64,000 nt of DNA from Lama glama (GCA_028534125.1 CM052818.1:3660001-3724000); one strand, 5' to 3'. Positions 36,542 through 51,062 are shown, counted from the stretch's first letter. Numbers and translations: made by a program. Notes: a model not told the origin generated them from the sequence alone.

Positions 36542-39500
36542 TAAGATGCCACTTATTGAGAAATGCACCATTTTTTTTATGGATCACAAAGAAAGAAAAT
36601 ATGAATGTCTTAAAATCAATGCTGTCAGTATCTGAAGCCCTGGAAAGTATTCTGAGGATGCTTTCAGCCTGTCAGGCTAAGCTATCTGATTGTCTTTACC
36701 TTAAACCTGTGATGAATCTTAGCATCACTAATGGGGACGCACTAGACGATGTAAAATGCATACGTACTTGTGAGTAATTCTTGTCCGCCACGGTTAACTG
36801 AACTCAATCAGGCCTTTAGATCTTCCAGTTTACAGGATATGCAAGGAAAAGAGGAACTGGTTAGACCAAACTATGTGGAAACAACTAGACATGGCCAGAG
36901 GTGAGAAGTTCAGCCAGAAAATTGGCCCTGGCTTATTAGTAAGTCAGTGTCTTGGGGGGAAATAGGGCATCAGGGGAGAGCATTCTGGATTCAAAGAGAT
37001 CTGCGAGTCACAACAGTCAAATATGAGGTGTGATCCCTTATTATATTCTAGAATGAACAAATCAGCCGTAAAAGACTTTTTTTTGGATAATAATGTCTCT
37101 ATTCATATGTGAATGTGAACCTTGTATTAGGTGATACTAGAGCATTACCTTAGATGTGACAGTAGTATGGTTTCGTAGGGAAATGTCCTTGTTTTATATA
37201 TGTTACTTTGCTTTTATTAATTCTTAACAATATGCTCTGAAAATACTAAGGCCCTTCACCAGATTTCCAGTTTTAATTTAGTAGAACAAATCATGTAAAT
37301 GTTGTAACAAAGAAATAAGATGTGCTGTCTGTAGAGGTGTTAAAAAGTGCCAGATACACCAGGAATGGTGCTGTGGCAATCAAAGAAGAATCCTCAGAAA
37401 TCATAGGACATCAAGCTGGCAGGGACTGAAGTTGTCCTTGAAGGTCGGAGAGAGGAAGTATTTGGCCCTTGTGCTGTGACTCCCCATGCAATAGAAGTTG
37501 CTCATCAGTCATGGCTTTCCTTCCTGTGTAGGAAATGGGGCCACTGAATCCTTTTCAGAGATGCTTTCTAGGGCTGCTACCAATTAATAACTTGTTGACA
37601 CTAGTTGTGAAACCTGTTTTACCATTTCTCAGTCTAACTTCTTCATTTTGCAGAAGGAGAAACTGAGGCAGGGTGGTGTACTGGAAAGCTTTGGGGACAT
37701 GAGTTAAAAGAATTTGCAAGATTTCTTCCGCACAAGAAACTTTTTCTATGAGCTAATATTTGTTTAGTGTGAATTTTATTAGTTTATCAAATATTAAAAT
37801 TTAAGTTTGTATGGAGATGGATATTGCTTTAGAGAGTCTATCTTCCCCTATAAAATAGTACTCAGGATCTCAAGATTCACACAGTGAGCCTATATGAACC
37901 AGAGAGATTGAAGTTGAATATAATATCAAAGTTGAATGCTGTTGTTGAATTACATGTGTTGAAAATAGTAAATTTAATATTGCATCACTCTGAATTTAAA
38001 AAAAAAACATGTTGAGTCTATAACTTGTCTTAAAAAACAGTTGCTTTTTGTCATTAACATTTAAATTGTTTAACAAATTGGTATTTGATTATTATATTTA
38101 ATCTTTAATTCTCTGAATGTATTACTTTTACCACTAGAATTAACATATCTTTAAGTGAGCAAACGAAACCAAACAAACAAACAAAAAACAGAGAGAACAG
38201 ATAATGCAGGGTATACAGAAGTAGAAATGTAATGTTGTGTACATGAAATTTATATAATTTTCAAACCAATATTGCCTCAATAAAAAAAAACTTAAGGAAT
38301 TACGTTATTAAAAAAAAGAGAGATGATTTAGTAGTGAACTTTTCTGGATGTGCTGCATTATTGGGATTTGGGCTTCCTCTTCAAGGCTTTCCAGAGTCCT
38401 CAGCCTGCAAAGAATTTTCAACAGTGTGATACGTTGTATTAGTTAATGACCTAGCAGATTATTTTGCAGTGTTGGAGAGCAGACTAGCTGAGAGTCAGAA
38501 TTCTTTAGCACATTTATACTAAAGTTTTATTTTGGGAAAATACTTATATTTTATGTATTGTCTGTTCATGAGCTGATAAAAATACTTGTTTGGGACTGAT
38601 AGTTTCTGTGTGCATTTCGTTGTTATCAAAGGTCAGTGACCCATGATGGGGGAAAGTGTAGAATACATAAAAGTTTGATTTACAAGTGGGTTATTGGTTT
38701 AGGTTGTTCATATTACAGCTGTTTTATTAAGGAACAGCAGTAACAACAAAAACCCCAGACCTCATGCAGTGTTGTGGTGCTGTGAAAGTGACATGCCTGT
38801 ACAACACATGGTAACTTTACAAATCTTTGCAGTCATAATTTTTTTAAGTATGAATGAAATACAGGATTTCTATAAGTCTTTGGCCTTGTACTGTCTTTTT
38901 TTGGGAAAGTTCAAACGGTTGTTTCAGGTTGTTTTGGATTTTAGTTTTAAAATGTGATTTTCTTTGTATTTAAGGGTGTGGTAGTTTATCTGAAAAAATT
39001 GCACCATACTCATCATGGTAATCAGCATACACGTTATGGCTTTTTGTACCATCATACCATAGTATATTGGTACATATTGGTATATGTCGAATATTAACAA
39101 TGTAATATTTTTGTATGCTGAAATGTTTTGATAAGACTAAGCTCTTTATAGAAATAAAGATACCTTTTCAAATAGAAATGAAAACTGGTCATTCTGGAGT
39201 TCTCCCCAGCAGAATTAATCCCCTTAAGAATCAATGGCATTATAGTGTAAGATAGTTGAGAAAAAGGAAAGTTCTTTCATAAATAAGCAACTTTAATTTA
39301 CATTTCCTTGTATTTTGATTTTCAGTTTTTATACGTTTGAGCTATATATACCCTGGCCAAAACACAATCATGGAAGAAAGACTTCAGATAATTTCCATGG
39401 CTGCTGTTCCTAAAACGTGAACTTTCTTTTCCTGTGTTCTACTGCCTCTTTGCTTTTTTGGATCAGTTTGCATTGTACAAGTTCCTTTATTTATAGTTTT

Positions 39501-40194
39501 GCTTTTCCAAATGATTGCTCCTTTTCTATGAGTTCTCAAGAGTTGTTAACATGGATTATAGTTATCTGTCCTTTGCTAGTATCTGGTGGACAAGTAAGAA
39601 ACCATTTTCTCTTATGATGATTATATATTTTTTTATCCCACTTTTCTCTAAGATTGAATTATTTAGATTGTGAGTATTCTTCACATCATTGATATTTATA
39701 AGTTATTTATTCCTGAATGTATTGATAGCATGGTCATTGGAAGTAAGAAAAATTATTCCGTCTGTATAGCTTTGGAGGGCCCATATGCTGTTTAAAATAC
39801 TTAGTTAAGAAAATGTTTTCCTTTAAAGAGAATGCTCAGTGTATAGGACATGAACCCCAAATTTTGGTGATTGGTTAATTTTGAAAAATTAGATTTTAGT
39901 TGACAGAATGTCAGTGATGGAAGGTATGACCAGTCTTACAAGATTTTTTTGAAAAAACTAAGCATTTATTTTGATGTATTTGCTTCAGTCTTTTATACTC
40001 ATGAGAAATTCTCCTTTGAAAAAATTTCACTGCCTTTGACAATTTGAAGTGAATATTTCTTTCCTTTTTAAAGATGGACTCTAGCTTCACATTTTTACAC
40101 ATCTTGGACAATTACGCAAATGAGGATTTTGTCATAATTGTGCCATTTTGATTCTCTAGTCAGAGTTTTCTATTAAGTATTTGTTTACTTGCAG

Positions 40195-40302
40195 GTATAT
40201 TTGCGTACTTAAACTACCATGTTCCTCGCACAAGACGAGAGATCTTGGAGACCCTAATCAAAGGCCTTCAGAGACTGGAGTACAGAGGATACGATTCTGC
40301 TG
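40195..40302 (+). CDS. GFPT1: GFPT1 exon 2: (G)[35 protein letters not shown]
   Basis: ttgcag acceptor, GT donor at 40303, 108 nt, [10 protein letters not shown] motif. Confidence 0.98.
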
Positions 40303-40743
40303 GTATTTCCTCTAAAAAAATATTATGGGTGTTGTATGATTCTTGAATCTAAATAGGAAGGTTGTTTGTTTGTTTTACTAGATTCTTTTGTTGTTTTCAG
40401 TAAATCTAAAATCTGAAGGATCTTTTATTATGTTTAAAGGGTTTGTTCATGTAATTCCAATGGTATTACCATTTATATAGAGTATTGCTTCTTAGGAGCA
40501 TCTTCTTTTGGTAAAAATGTTACTATGAAAACAAGTCTCCTGGGGCATTTTCATTATAGACCAGAGTTCTTGAAGGCCTTGCTCGCTAAGTTTTTTTTTT
40601 TCCTTTCTTGTAATTTTAATTTCTTTTTCTCCATGGATTCCATGCTCCTGGCATAATGAACTTCCCTCAGATTCTTCTATCTTAAATAAATAAAAATAAC
40701 TTTTTGTCAACTTTATGTTCTATTCTAGCTCCTTCCCTTAATT

Positions 40744-41179
40744 ATATCAGGGCTCACCAAAACCACCCCCAGTTTCAGTGATTCCCTAGGAGGCATACAC
40801 TCCAGAATTCTCTCCCCGTGGAGTCACACAGGATGTTCCCAATTCCCTTAGCGAGATGGGTACCGTGTGAAATGTTGTGTACCGGGAAAGGTCATTAGTA
40901 GACCTCGGTGCCCAAGATTGTCATTGGGGGCTGGTTCCATAGATGCCTTCTGCCTAACTTGTACCAAAATCCTAGGCTCCTAGAAGGGAAGCAGATATTC
41001 ACCATAAGCCACCTTGTTTGCACCAACAGCTTAGGTGCAGTAAGCCATTCTAAATCAGTTAGGGTGGTGGGAACCCTCCTGAAGTCTAGGTTCACAGGTG
41101 CCAGCCAGAGGTCACCTTTGCAAGGAGGCCTTTCTAAGGATAGCGGCCTTGGGCTTGCTATGTTAACTTTTTCTGTACA
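40744..41179. mobile_element. MER21-like LTR
   Basis: caccaaaaccacccccagtttcagtgattccctagga ... gctatgttaactttttctgtaca. Confidence 0.7.
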
Positions 41180-42284
41180 CTCAACATTGCTGGATGTAAT
41201 GGGCATTTGTCTTCCATGGCTTTCCTCAGCAATGGAAAGTCAGCTCCTCAAGTCCTTTGTTCTTAAAGTCTCTCCTTAGCTTCTCTGACAGTACATCTTC
41301 CTACCACGCCGATTATTTCTTTTCTGTCTGGTTTGGGGGCTCCTTTTCTTCCACCTATTGCTTATACTGATATTCTTCAAAATACTTTCCTGGGCATGCT
41401 TTTCTTCTTTTGTATCTTTGCGGGTGAGCTCTGACTTCATCAGCCTCGTGTATGTTGGCAGCTTACAATCCAGATGTTGTATTTCCTGAACTGCAGACCT
41501 GTGTTTCCAACTGCCTCCTCGAAATTTCTCCCTGGATAAACCACGATATAAACTTTGCATGTTCATAATTGAGCTGAATACACTTCAGCTCCCACCTGAC
41601 TTTCACTCTGTATTCTTTCTGTGTTCGTTTTATCAGCAATCATTCAACAAGTCCTTTGAGCCTGGGAGGTGTCCTGCCTTCGCACGCCACAGGCAGGCAG
41701 TTCTGCTTCTCAGCATCACCTGTCTCTTCATGACCTTTGTGTTGTTTAAGCCCTCTTCATTTTTGCTTTGCTGTAGCTATAACTTCAGACAGCTGGTGTC
41801 ATTTCCAGTTTTTCTCCTCCAGTCTTTCCAAAGAGAGGTTTCTAAACTTTTTTTGCCATATAACTGCCCTAATTGAAACTATTCAGCACTTTTCCATTAC
41901 CTTGGGGTAACTTTTTTCAGATGTCTTGGGGACGTTAGTAGACTCTGGAGAGAGGAGTTCCCTGACATTTTCTCTTTATCCTGCTTCTGAGGTGGAGGCC
42001 TGTCATCTGTGTTTCTCCACTGTTCTGCATTTGCAACCTGTAGTTCTTTTACTGTCATCTAAAACCACACTGTATTGTAATTATTTTTTGCTTGTCTGTC
42101 TGCTCAATAGACTAGAAGCTGTCATGGTTCTTTATAACAGGTTTTCAGTAAACGTTGAATTGTTAAGTAAATGAATTAATTAGATGAAAAAATATTTTTT
42201 TGACTTAGAAGCTTTGCCTTAACAATGATAATCTGAGTAATAGCCAGTTTCTAAATCTTGCTTTTCTGCCTCTTGATGATTTAG

Positions 42285-42392
42285 GTGTGGGAGTTGACGG
42301 AGGTAATGACAAAGACTGGGAAGCAAATGCCTGCAAAATCCAGCTCATTAAGAAGAAAGGAAAAGTTAAGGCACTGGATGAAGAAGTTCACA
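42285..42392 (+). CDS. GFPT1: GFPT1 exon 3: (G)[35 protein letters not shown]
   Basis: tttag acceptor, GTAATG donor, 108 nt. Confidence 0.97.
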
Positions 42393-43168
42393 GTAATGTA
42401 CTTAGTTTGATTTTTGTCCCCCCTCCTCTTTTCTTCCTTTTCCCTTCCCTACCAAATTACTCTTCCTCCCGTATTTTGGGACCCATTTTAAGACTAGTGA
42501 TTCTTCAAGTTGAAGGGAGGGAAGAAAAGTAGTTTTGATTCTGTCTGTACTGGTTTCAGTGTACCTTGATTTGAAAACTGATAGTAACTAGGAAAGGAAA
42601 TGAATTATGTACGTTGTGTTCTGAGCAAGCTCAGCATCCTAAAATGAAGTAGCCATCATTCCTGAGGAAGGGCCTGTCACAAAACAAAAGGTATTATCAG
42701 TGGTGCCTTTATTCACGTATCTTTACTTGGTAGCCGTCTTCACTTTGGGCTAAAACTAGTTTGGGTGTTAGTCGGTCTGGATGTTGCACCTTTCAGTAGG
42801 TCTGATACAGTCAGGGAAGTAGCATATGTTCCCCTCATGATTTTCTTACTTCCCTGGCATAAAGTAGTTGCCAGAGATACACGTTCCACTAAAGAGTCTG
42901 TACTTTACAGTATTTAGTTCATTACAGTATGCTTATCCATTTTATCTTTTCACAGGAAACTTGAAAAACAAGACAAAAACTTTGAAGTAGATTGATTGGA
43001 AGAACATTTTTAAAAAATCCCCCATAAACACCAGGAAACTCGATTTTTTATATACGTAGTCAGATGGATGCCATCATAATCATTGTGAAGGAGTACAGGT
43101 CGTAGAGGAGAATGATGGATTCAGTCATTTTTTGCTTTCACATAAGCCAAACGTTTAGTTTTGTGGTA

Positions 43169-43383
43169 CAGTTGACACTTGAACAACATGGGTTTGAACT
43201 GCGCAGATCTATGTGGATTTTTTTTTCAAGAGTATACACTACAGTACTACACTGTCCGTGGTTGGTTGAGTCTGACAGGGTAGAACCTTGGGTATGGAGG
43301 GCCAATTCTAAGTTATATGTGGATTTTTTTGCTGCGTGGTGGGTCAGGGCCCCGAAGCCCTTGTGTTGTTCAGGGGTCAGCTG
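43169..43383. mobile_element. Tigger-derived MITE (TcMar)
   Basis: TIRs CAGTTGACACTTGAACAACA / TGTTGTTCAGGGGTCAGCTG, preceded by TA. Confidence 0.85.
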
Positions 43384-45389
43384 TGCTTGTTTAACAAATT
43401 AAATCAGTACTTATTTTGCATGTGTTGTGGGTAAGATTAGCTTGGAATAAAGCAGACACCCAAATAACTACACTTGAGAAACTGCAGTTATAAATAGTCG
43501 GTCTGCTGTGTCTGTCGCATCCTGTTTACCAGGCTGATTATAGTAGGTTCTACAGGAAAGAACGAACATTGCTCTAAGATCACAGGAGAGCTGGTTGCCA
43601 CAATCTGGGGAGACTTGGGATATGGAAGGAATGGCTGCTGGTTATATTTGGGCAGTGAAGGTGAGAAGGGGGGACCTTCTGAGTAGAATAGCTTGAGTAA
43701 AGGTAAGAGTAGGGAAAGCAAGTTTGATGGAATAGGATATAGTCCTTTTAATCTACATTGTTGGTAGATGGGTGTGGAAGGAGGGAAAGCAGATTGTGAC
43801 CGGAATCATCTTTGCATGGCAGCATACTGAAACATACCTCCTCCTACGGGAATGTCGTCAGGAAGCAGGGGGGAAACGGGTACTTGCAGACAGACATTCC
43901 TGGTGAATTTGTAACTGATGAATCACTTGAAGAGCAGTCTGGCAGTGTCAAAATGGGAGACACGGTACTAAGTGCCCTCTCTATAGTCCTCATAACCCAT
44001 GAAGAAGGTAAAATTACCATCCTCATTTTGCAGATGAGGAAATTGAAACTCAGAGGAGCAGGTACTGTCATTAGATGGTGTCAGCAGTAAAGGCAGTGAA
44101 ATTTGGGGGGCAGAGGAAGGACAAAAGAGGGCTGCTGCTCTAGGGAGCGACAACAATTAAAGATTTTTTTTTTACATTTTATGTCTTAAAGGTATAAAAT
44201 ACAAATGGTTATATGTTAACATTTATTATCTCAGGGTGTAGGCATTTCAGCATTTCATTATAACCAGTAAATTTAAATATACTTGAACTATTAAAAAAAA
44301 AAAAGAAGGATGACATCTGAGAAAAGGTACACAGAGGGCAAGAAGCCTTGGGAGTGAAGGGAGTGGGGGGCAGATAGAAGGTGCAAGAAAGGAAGTTGCT
44401 GAGGCGCTGCCGCTCAGTAAGGTCAAGGCACAGGTAGGGAGTGAGCCTTTATAGGAATTAATGTGAGAGAAAAACTAATTAAAACAGTTAGGAGGTGAGG
44501 AGGAAGCCTGAGTAAGGTGGAGACTGAGGGCCTATATAGGTGGGATTGAGGCTTAAGGAGAGTTTAGAAGATGTCTTGAGCCGAGGAGATGAGAGCTATG
44601 CTCTTAATGAATAAGGAACATGGGTACATGTTCTTTCAGTGACAACAGTGAAATAGGTTTCTTGATTACCATGAATCTGAAATGGACTCAATTTACAGAA
44701 TTCTGTGACTTTTCTTCAGTGTTGCTTGGCAGCTTGGAGTGAGTGGAGGAAAGAGAAAACAGTGTGGAGTTATCTGTGCTTAATGTTCAACGAGGAGCTT
44801 TAGAATGGAGTAACAGTGAATGGGGAGAGTCAGGATTGGAGTCGTGATTAATTTATAAAACATGAAACATTTCTTGTAGGAAATATGCTTATTGTAATAA
44901 CAATGATTTTTTTTTCTTATTAGACATTAGATAGTGTTCCTTTGGCAACAGGGATATAGTTATGGTAATTACCATGAATTTAGAATGGATTCAATTTAGA
45001 GACTCTTGTTACTTTCTCCCGTGTTGCTTGCCAGCATGTGGGGGGACATACTGCTTTTAATTATAATTAGCCCAGAAAACTAGTCATATGTTTTCATTGC
45101 TTGCATCGAGCTGTTAAATAGTGAAAAACAGTAATCCTTACTTTTCTGAAGGTCATTTATCAGATCGCCTTTGTTATTCAGAACACAGCTAAGCCAGGAA
45201 AGAATATATTGAAGGTTTTATCCATTGATTGAGTGAGCCATCAAAAGATTGAGTATCTGCCCTACATAGCTTAATGTGTAGGATTCAAAGATCGTAAGAC
45301 AGGCTACTGTAGAACTTGAATTCTGGTAGAAGCCAGGCTGACGTGTCATAAATGTTGTAATAGTACAGCAGAGTATACCATTGTGCTTC

Positions 45390-46190
45390 TGGAGTGCTTT
45401 GGAGTCAACCAGCCTTGAGTTCAGATCCTGTCTCTGCTTCCTGTTAGCTATGGCCTAGGGCAGGTTCTGTGACCCCTCTGAGCCTCAGTTTCTTTATCTA
45501 TAAAATGGAGACAATTGTACCTAACTAGTCAGTAACAAAATGAGTATTTATTGAGTGCCCCTTATGTTTCAGCCATTGTTCTAGGCCCTGAGGACAGAGA
45601 ACAAGATAAAGCAAACTCCCTGCCCAGATGGGGTTTACTGTCTGGTGAGTGGGCCAGACAGCAAACAAATACACAGTGTCAGGTGGGGATTAGTGCTGTG
45701 AAGAAAAAGTACGGCAGAGGTGACATTTGAGCAGAGGTCATGGACTGTGAAGGAGGGACTTCTAGGCAAAGGGAACACCAAGTGCATAGATCCTGTGTGG
45801 GCTGGGCCTGCTTGCAGCTGAAAGTCAGTGGGGCTGGAGCTTAGTGAGTGGGGGGAGAGTGGCAGGAGATGAGGCTAGAGTGGTGGCTGGGGGCTTGGTT
45901 GTGTAGGTCTCAAGAATGGTGGATTTTACTGTGTGTGTTGTGGGAAGCTGTTAGGAAATTTGCATAGGGGAGTGACAGGATCTAACTTCTGTTTTGAAAG
46001 AATCACTTTGGTTGATGTGCAAAGATTAGATTACGAAGAAGGAAGACTGGGCGCGGGGAGGCCAGTTAGGATTCAGTTGAGCTAGGCCAGTTTAGAGCTG
46101 ATGGAGGCTTAGGCCCCAGCGACAGGGTTAGAGTGGTGACAAGTCTTTAGTAACTAGCACGAAGTAAGCGCTCAGTAAATGTTAGCTGTT
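45390..46190. mobile_element. MIR and L2 fragments
   Basis: MIR core (ctctgagcctcagtttctttatctataaaatgg) and L2 3' text (tttattgagtgcc..., ttttgaaagaatcactttgg). Confidence 0.7.
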
Positions 46191-47389
46191 GTTCTCTTTG
46201 TAGCTTTGTTAGTTGTTATTTGTTGGTAGCTATGTGTTGAGAGCTTCGAGGAGTAATTGGAGAGGGTTGGGAGATGAGGATGGAAAGATAGGTGGGCCAG
46301 ATGGTGAAGGGCCTCATAAAACATGAAAAGGCCTTGTGAGAAAATGGTTCTCTGGTTGTATGTTAGAATTTTAGAATCTTTTTATAAATCCTCGTGACCT
46401 GGTTTAGGATGATTCATTTGGGTAGCTAGGGATGCAAACCACATTTTAAGCAACTGGAAGTCAGTTCAAGGATTTTAAGCATTGTTTCCTGATCAGATTT
46501 ATATTTTAAAAAGACCTCTGATTGGCCAGTATAAATCCCACCAAGATGTGTACTAATAAAATGCATGGACTTTCCCATTCAGACTTCTGAGCAGTTTGTT
46601 CTTAATTTAGTCCTAATTCTGATAAACTTTGTTATCTGGTTTCTTAGCCAAATGAATTTTATATTGGAAAGTTAGAAGGGGGCATTACTAGTAAATACTA
46701 GAACTTCCCCCCCACCCCCTGAAGAAGCAAGAAGAGAGAACTTATAAGGAAAAGGAATTAGAATATCTGCTTTTCAAGACAAAGGAGAATCTGCCTATAT
46801 CTTCATGATTTCATGGTGTTGCTTTGTTCTCAAGGACTGTTCTTTGATTTTGGAAGCTCTCCATAATTGCAGTTTGTATTGTGAAATATGTTTACATTCA
46901 CTGGGGACCAAAGAAATTGCGGTCGTAAGGTGTTATGGCACTGAGAAAATAAATTTATTCTTACATATCTAATTAAAGTGATACTTATTTTTTTAAAGGA
47001 AAGAATTAAATGTAGATTTTTAAAAATCACACTAACTCTTTTTGTCCATAAGTTTAAAGATTTTCAAGCCTCCAGAAAAGTTGAAAGAGTAGTACATTAA
47101 TCACCCATATACTCCATCTGGTTTTACCAGATGTTAGCATTTTGTCACATTTGCTTTATCTCTTTGTATACCTTTTTTTGGTTGTTACTGGAACCATTTG
47201 CCCTAAATATTTCAGCTGCATTAACTCCTCTAAGTCTTTTAACTACTATTTTGAATATGCCTGATCTTCAGTTTCAATCATTGTATATTCTAGGTGAGCA
47301 GCACTGTAATAATTATATTTAAATACAGCTTATAGCATTATCTCCACAGCATGATTTAATATTGGAATTTTTCATTTTCTCTTCTTCAG

Positions 47390-47515
47390 AGCAACAAGAT
47401 ATGGATTTGGATATAGAATTTGATGTGCACCTTGGAATAGCTCATACCCGTTGGGCAACGCATGGTGAGCCCAATCCTGTCAACAGCCATCCTCAGCGTT
47501 CTGATAAAAATAATG
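47390..47515 (+). CDS. GFPT1: GFPT1 exon 4: (K)[41 protein letters not shown]
   Basis: cttcag acceptor, GTATGA donor, 126 nt, HTRWATHG motif. Confidence 0.98.
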
Positions 47516-49680
47516 GTATGAACAGATTGTATGTGCCTTGCAATGTTTGTAGGGGGCCAATAATGGGAGAAGAATGAAAGCTCTGAGTTTTCATTATTTT
47601 AATCTGGAAAATTTCAAGCCTATTCCGAAGTAGAGAGTATGCAGAATCTGACGTGTCCATCGCCCTCAGCTTTAACATACATCAGTACGTGATCAGTTAT
47701 GTTTGTTTATACCCCGACCCAGATTATTTTGGAAGTAGCATTTAATTTGTAAATATGTAAGTACGTATCTCTAAAAGGTAAGGGCTTAGTAGAAGGATGT
47801 ATCTATGTCTCCTAAGAGACTTCTCCCTTTCTCTCCTTTTTCCTTGCAGTTTACTCTGTTGTTTGTCCTGTAGAGTTTCCTACAGTCTAGATCTTGCTAA
47901 TGGCATGTATCCTGTGGCATCATTTAACATGATTCTCTGTTCCTTCCATTTTTTATAAATGGGTATGATATTTAGTTACATGCATAATGTTTGGACATTT
48001 TTCTTTTTGTATTGTTAGAGGTCACTGATGATCATAGCCAAGAATAATGATTTCTTTAGGGGTTATACAATGGCGACAGTCTAATACTATCATTCCTTCT
48101 TCATTTATTATCTCAAATACTTCTATAGAGAGAACTTTTCCATATCAACTGCTTGATTACCCTGATGTACAGATTGTACAGGAAAGACAGAATAAATGTT
48201 TGAATTTTTTCCCCCCTTTATTTATCATTTTCCAAATGAAATGGTTCTAATGCTCTAAGATGAACAATGAGCTCCTTTTAATTACTATCAATTCATGGAT
48301 TTACAATCTTTCATATGTTTCAAAACGCTGAGGTATCTATATTGATGCACGAATTTTCACATCTTTAGTCACTGGGAGCTTCCTGAGGTTGGCTCCTGAG
48401 TCCTTCTGCTGTGACCCCAGTAGGCTCAGTAGTCTGTTATTTTCTGGCAGTGCAGGATGTTCCAGGTTCATCGAGCCTGCCCTAGACCTGGAGCCAGCCA
48501 TTTCTCTGAGTAGCCCTAAGTAGTTCCTTTTAGTGGAAATGATACTGAAAGACCATAAACCAGGTCCTGGAAGTGCTTATTGCGCGGGCCTTTTCAGTGG
48601 GCAGAGCCTGTGTGGGTGTGTGCATGTGTGCACGTACACATTTCAAGAGAAAACAGCATGATTTTACACTAACACTTCTAGTTCATATCTGGGGCTGCAC
48701 GGCTTTACTGTTAACCTCATTGATCTGTGTATTTCCCGTCAATCACACTTAACTTAGTTCTTCACACCAGCAACGTACTTACTGGATCTATTGCATGATA
48801 TGCATAGCACAGACCCATAATACCAACACTACCGCAACAGTAAGTTTACTGTTTTTTGTTAATTTTTTCTGTCCTGAGGGTACATCTCTTAAGAATATGT
48901 AATCAAATTACTGTGTTTTAGAGTCACTTGGGATAATTCTTCTTTATGTGGCTGTGCTAATAGCTGGAGACAGTGTTATGTTAATATATTTTGAGCTTTA
49001 GGGATTGATTTTCTTTAAAAAACAATTTTATTTAAAATGTTTGCATAGTTCTGAGGTTACTCCTATAAAAAAGGCAAATGAAAATAAGTCCTAGCTTCTA
49101 GCTTGTTTCCTCTTCCTTATTCCACCTCTTCTTTTGTATAGCTGTTAAACAACATTTGTAGAGTCTGTTCTACCATTTTAAAAAAAATAAGCAAACACAT
49201 ATGTTTATGTGTGTGTACATGCATATATGTGTGTGTGTAGGTCCCTTTACGGTAAGATTTTGTAATTCAGAAGCTACCTGTTTAGGTTTTTCATAATTGT
49301 TGAACTGGATTAGCATGCTAACAACCACTCAAACTTTCAGTATTGACAAGGTCTTTATAAAATAAGATTCCTGGAAAATTTTATCTAGATTATATTTAGA
49401 AAATTTGATTGTGTTTTAAGGCTTTACATTAGCCATTTATGATCCTCTGTATTTTAACATAGAAATATTTTTTAGACCTATTTGTGGTGTCTTTCGTGGT
49501 ACCTTTTCTTTCTTAGAAATCTAGTGAAATGTTTATTTTATCATTTGGTTTGTAGTGCATTCCGTTCAAGCTCATTTAATGTCAGACCAGAATGTCAGAT
49601 CTTTAATATGTTAAAAACATTTTGATAATTTCATGTAAGATTGAATTTAGTGGTAATTTCCTTCCTGACTTAAATGAACT

Positions 49681-49790
49681 TTGTTTCTTTTTTAATTTCT
49701 TTTCTTTTTTAAATGGAGATACTGGGAATTGGACCAAGTACATTGTGCATGCTCAGCATGCGCTCTACCAACTAAGCTATACCCCTACCA
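49681..49790 (-). mobile_element. Camelid tRNA-derived SINE (short form)
   Basis: Same consensus; TSD ATGAACTT. Confidence 0.85.
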
Positions 49791-50541
49791 CCATACATGA
49801 ACTTCAAATAATAAATCCACATTAGTAGTCTTGTCTTTACATTCATGTCAGTAGCTACAAATAATATTGTCGGCTCTTGATTGTACATTCTTGTATTTTT
49901 GAAAGTTATTTGTCAAAAGAGATGAAAATTATTCCATTATCATATATATTTGATCTTGGAATACTATTTTAACATTCATTTATCTGACATTCTAGGAATT
50001 TTCTGGACCTTGGATAAATAAACTATAGAACTTAAAAGCTGGTTTTTCTTATGAAGTTCTTTAACTTTAGTTTTAAACTCATTTAGTGTAGATTAGATAA
50101 TTGTTTTTGGTTGAAAGCCTTTCTCTTTAAAGGTAGGAATGTCTTACGCATAACAATGAATGACAAAGAAGCTGGAATAATAGTTATTTAGTTCAACTCT
50201 CTCATATTACAAGTGAGGAAATGGGCCCATAACCATATTTCTTGCACTTGGTAACACTGGGCTAGTACTTTAGCGACGACTGAAGTTGATGTCCCTAATT
50301 CCAGTTTATTGTATCTCCCCACTCTTCCCACCTCTTAGCACTGTGTGCTTCTACATATAAATTATGCTGCTGGTCTACCTGAGGATAGTCTGATGATGAA
50401 AAGCAGATAATACTTGATTACGCCTAGATGTACAGCATGTAGCAATTTTTTGACTTGCGAAAAATCTATTAACAGTGATGGCTATTTATAATGTTTATTA
50501 AACCTATGATTTTTTGTCATCAATACTTTTATCTCTTTTAG

Positions 50542-50600
50542 AATTTATTGTTATTCACAATGGGATCATCACCAACTACAAAGACTTGAAAAAGTTTTTG
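50542..50600 (+). CDS. GFPT1: GFPT1 exon 5: (E)[19 protein letters not shown]
   Basis: ttttag acceptor, GTAAGT donor, 59 nt, HNG motif. Confidence 0.97.
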
Positions 50601-51062
50601 GTAAGTAAAGTGACCTGAAAAGATCACTGGTCTTTGAGAACACTTCTAACTAGAGCAATGAGGCTGTTTGTTGGGATGTGCAGTAAATCCTGTCTAGATA
50701 CGATCAGGTAATCCCTAAGTCACCTCCAAGGGTTTGGTGCTTTACTGGAGTTTTCTTTGTTGACAGTGGAACATTTTTGTTTCCTGTATGAAAAGGAAAT
50801 AACTATTTGGCTTTATTATAAATGACCCAAAAGCTCAAATAACATTGGAATTTGAGGGAAGTGTCTTTTGAATTGTGAGAGACCTTGTTTGTCATTTTTA
50901 AAAGATTCTAGAGTATGTAAGGAAACTCAAGACAGATTAAATGAAGGCTTTGTACCCTAAATAGCTGTGTACTGTATAATAATGGTAATGATGGTGACCT
51001 TCATGGGTGCCTTCTCACACCTATCCAGTTCAACCTCCCTCAGCGACAGAAGCCTTCTGTGT

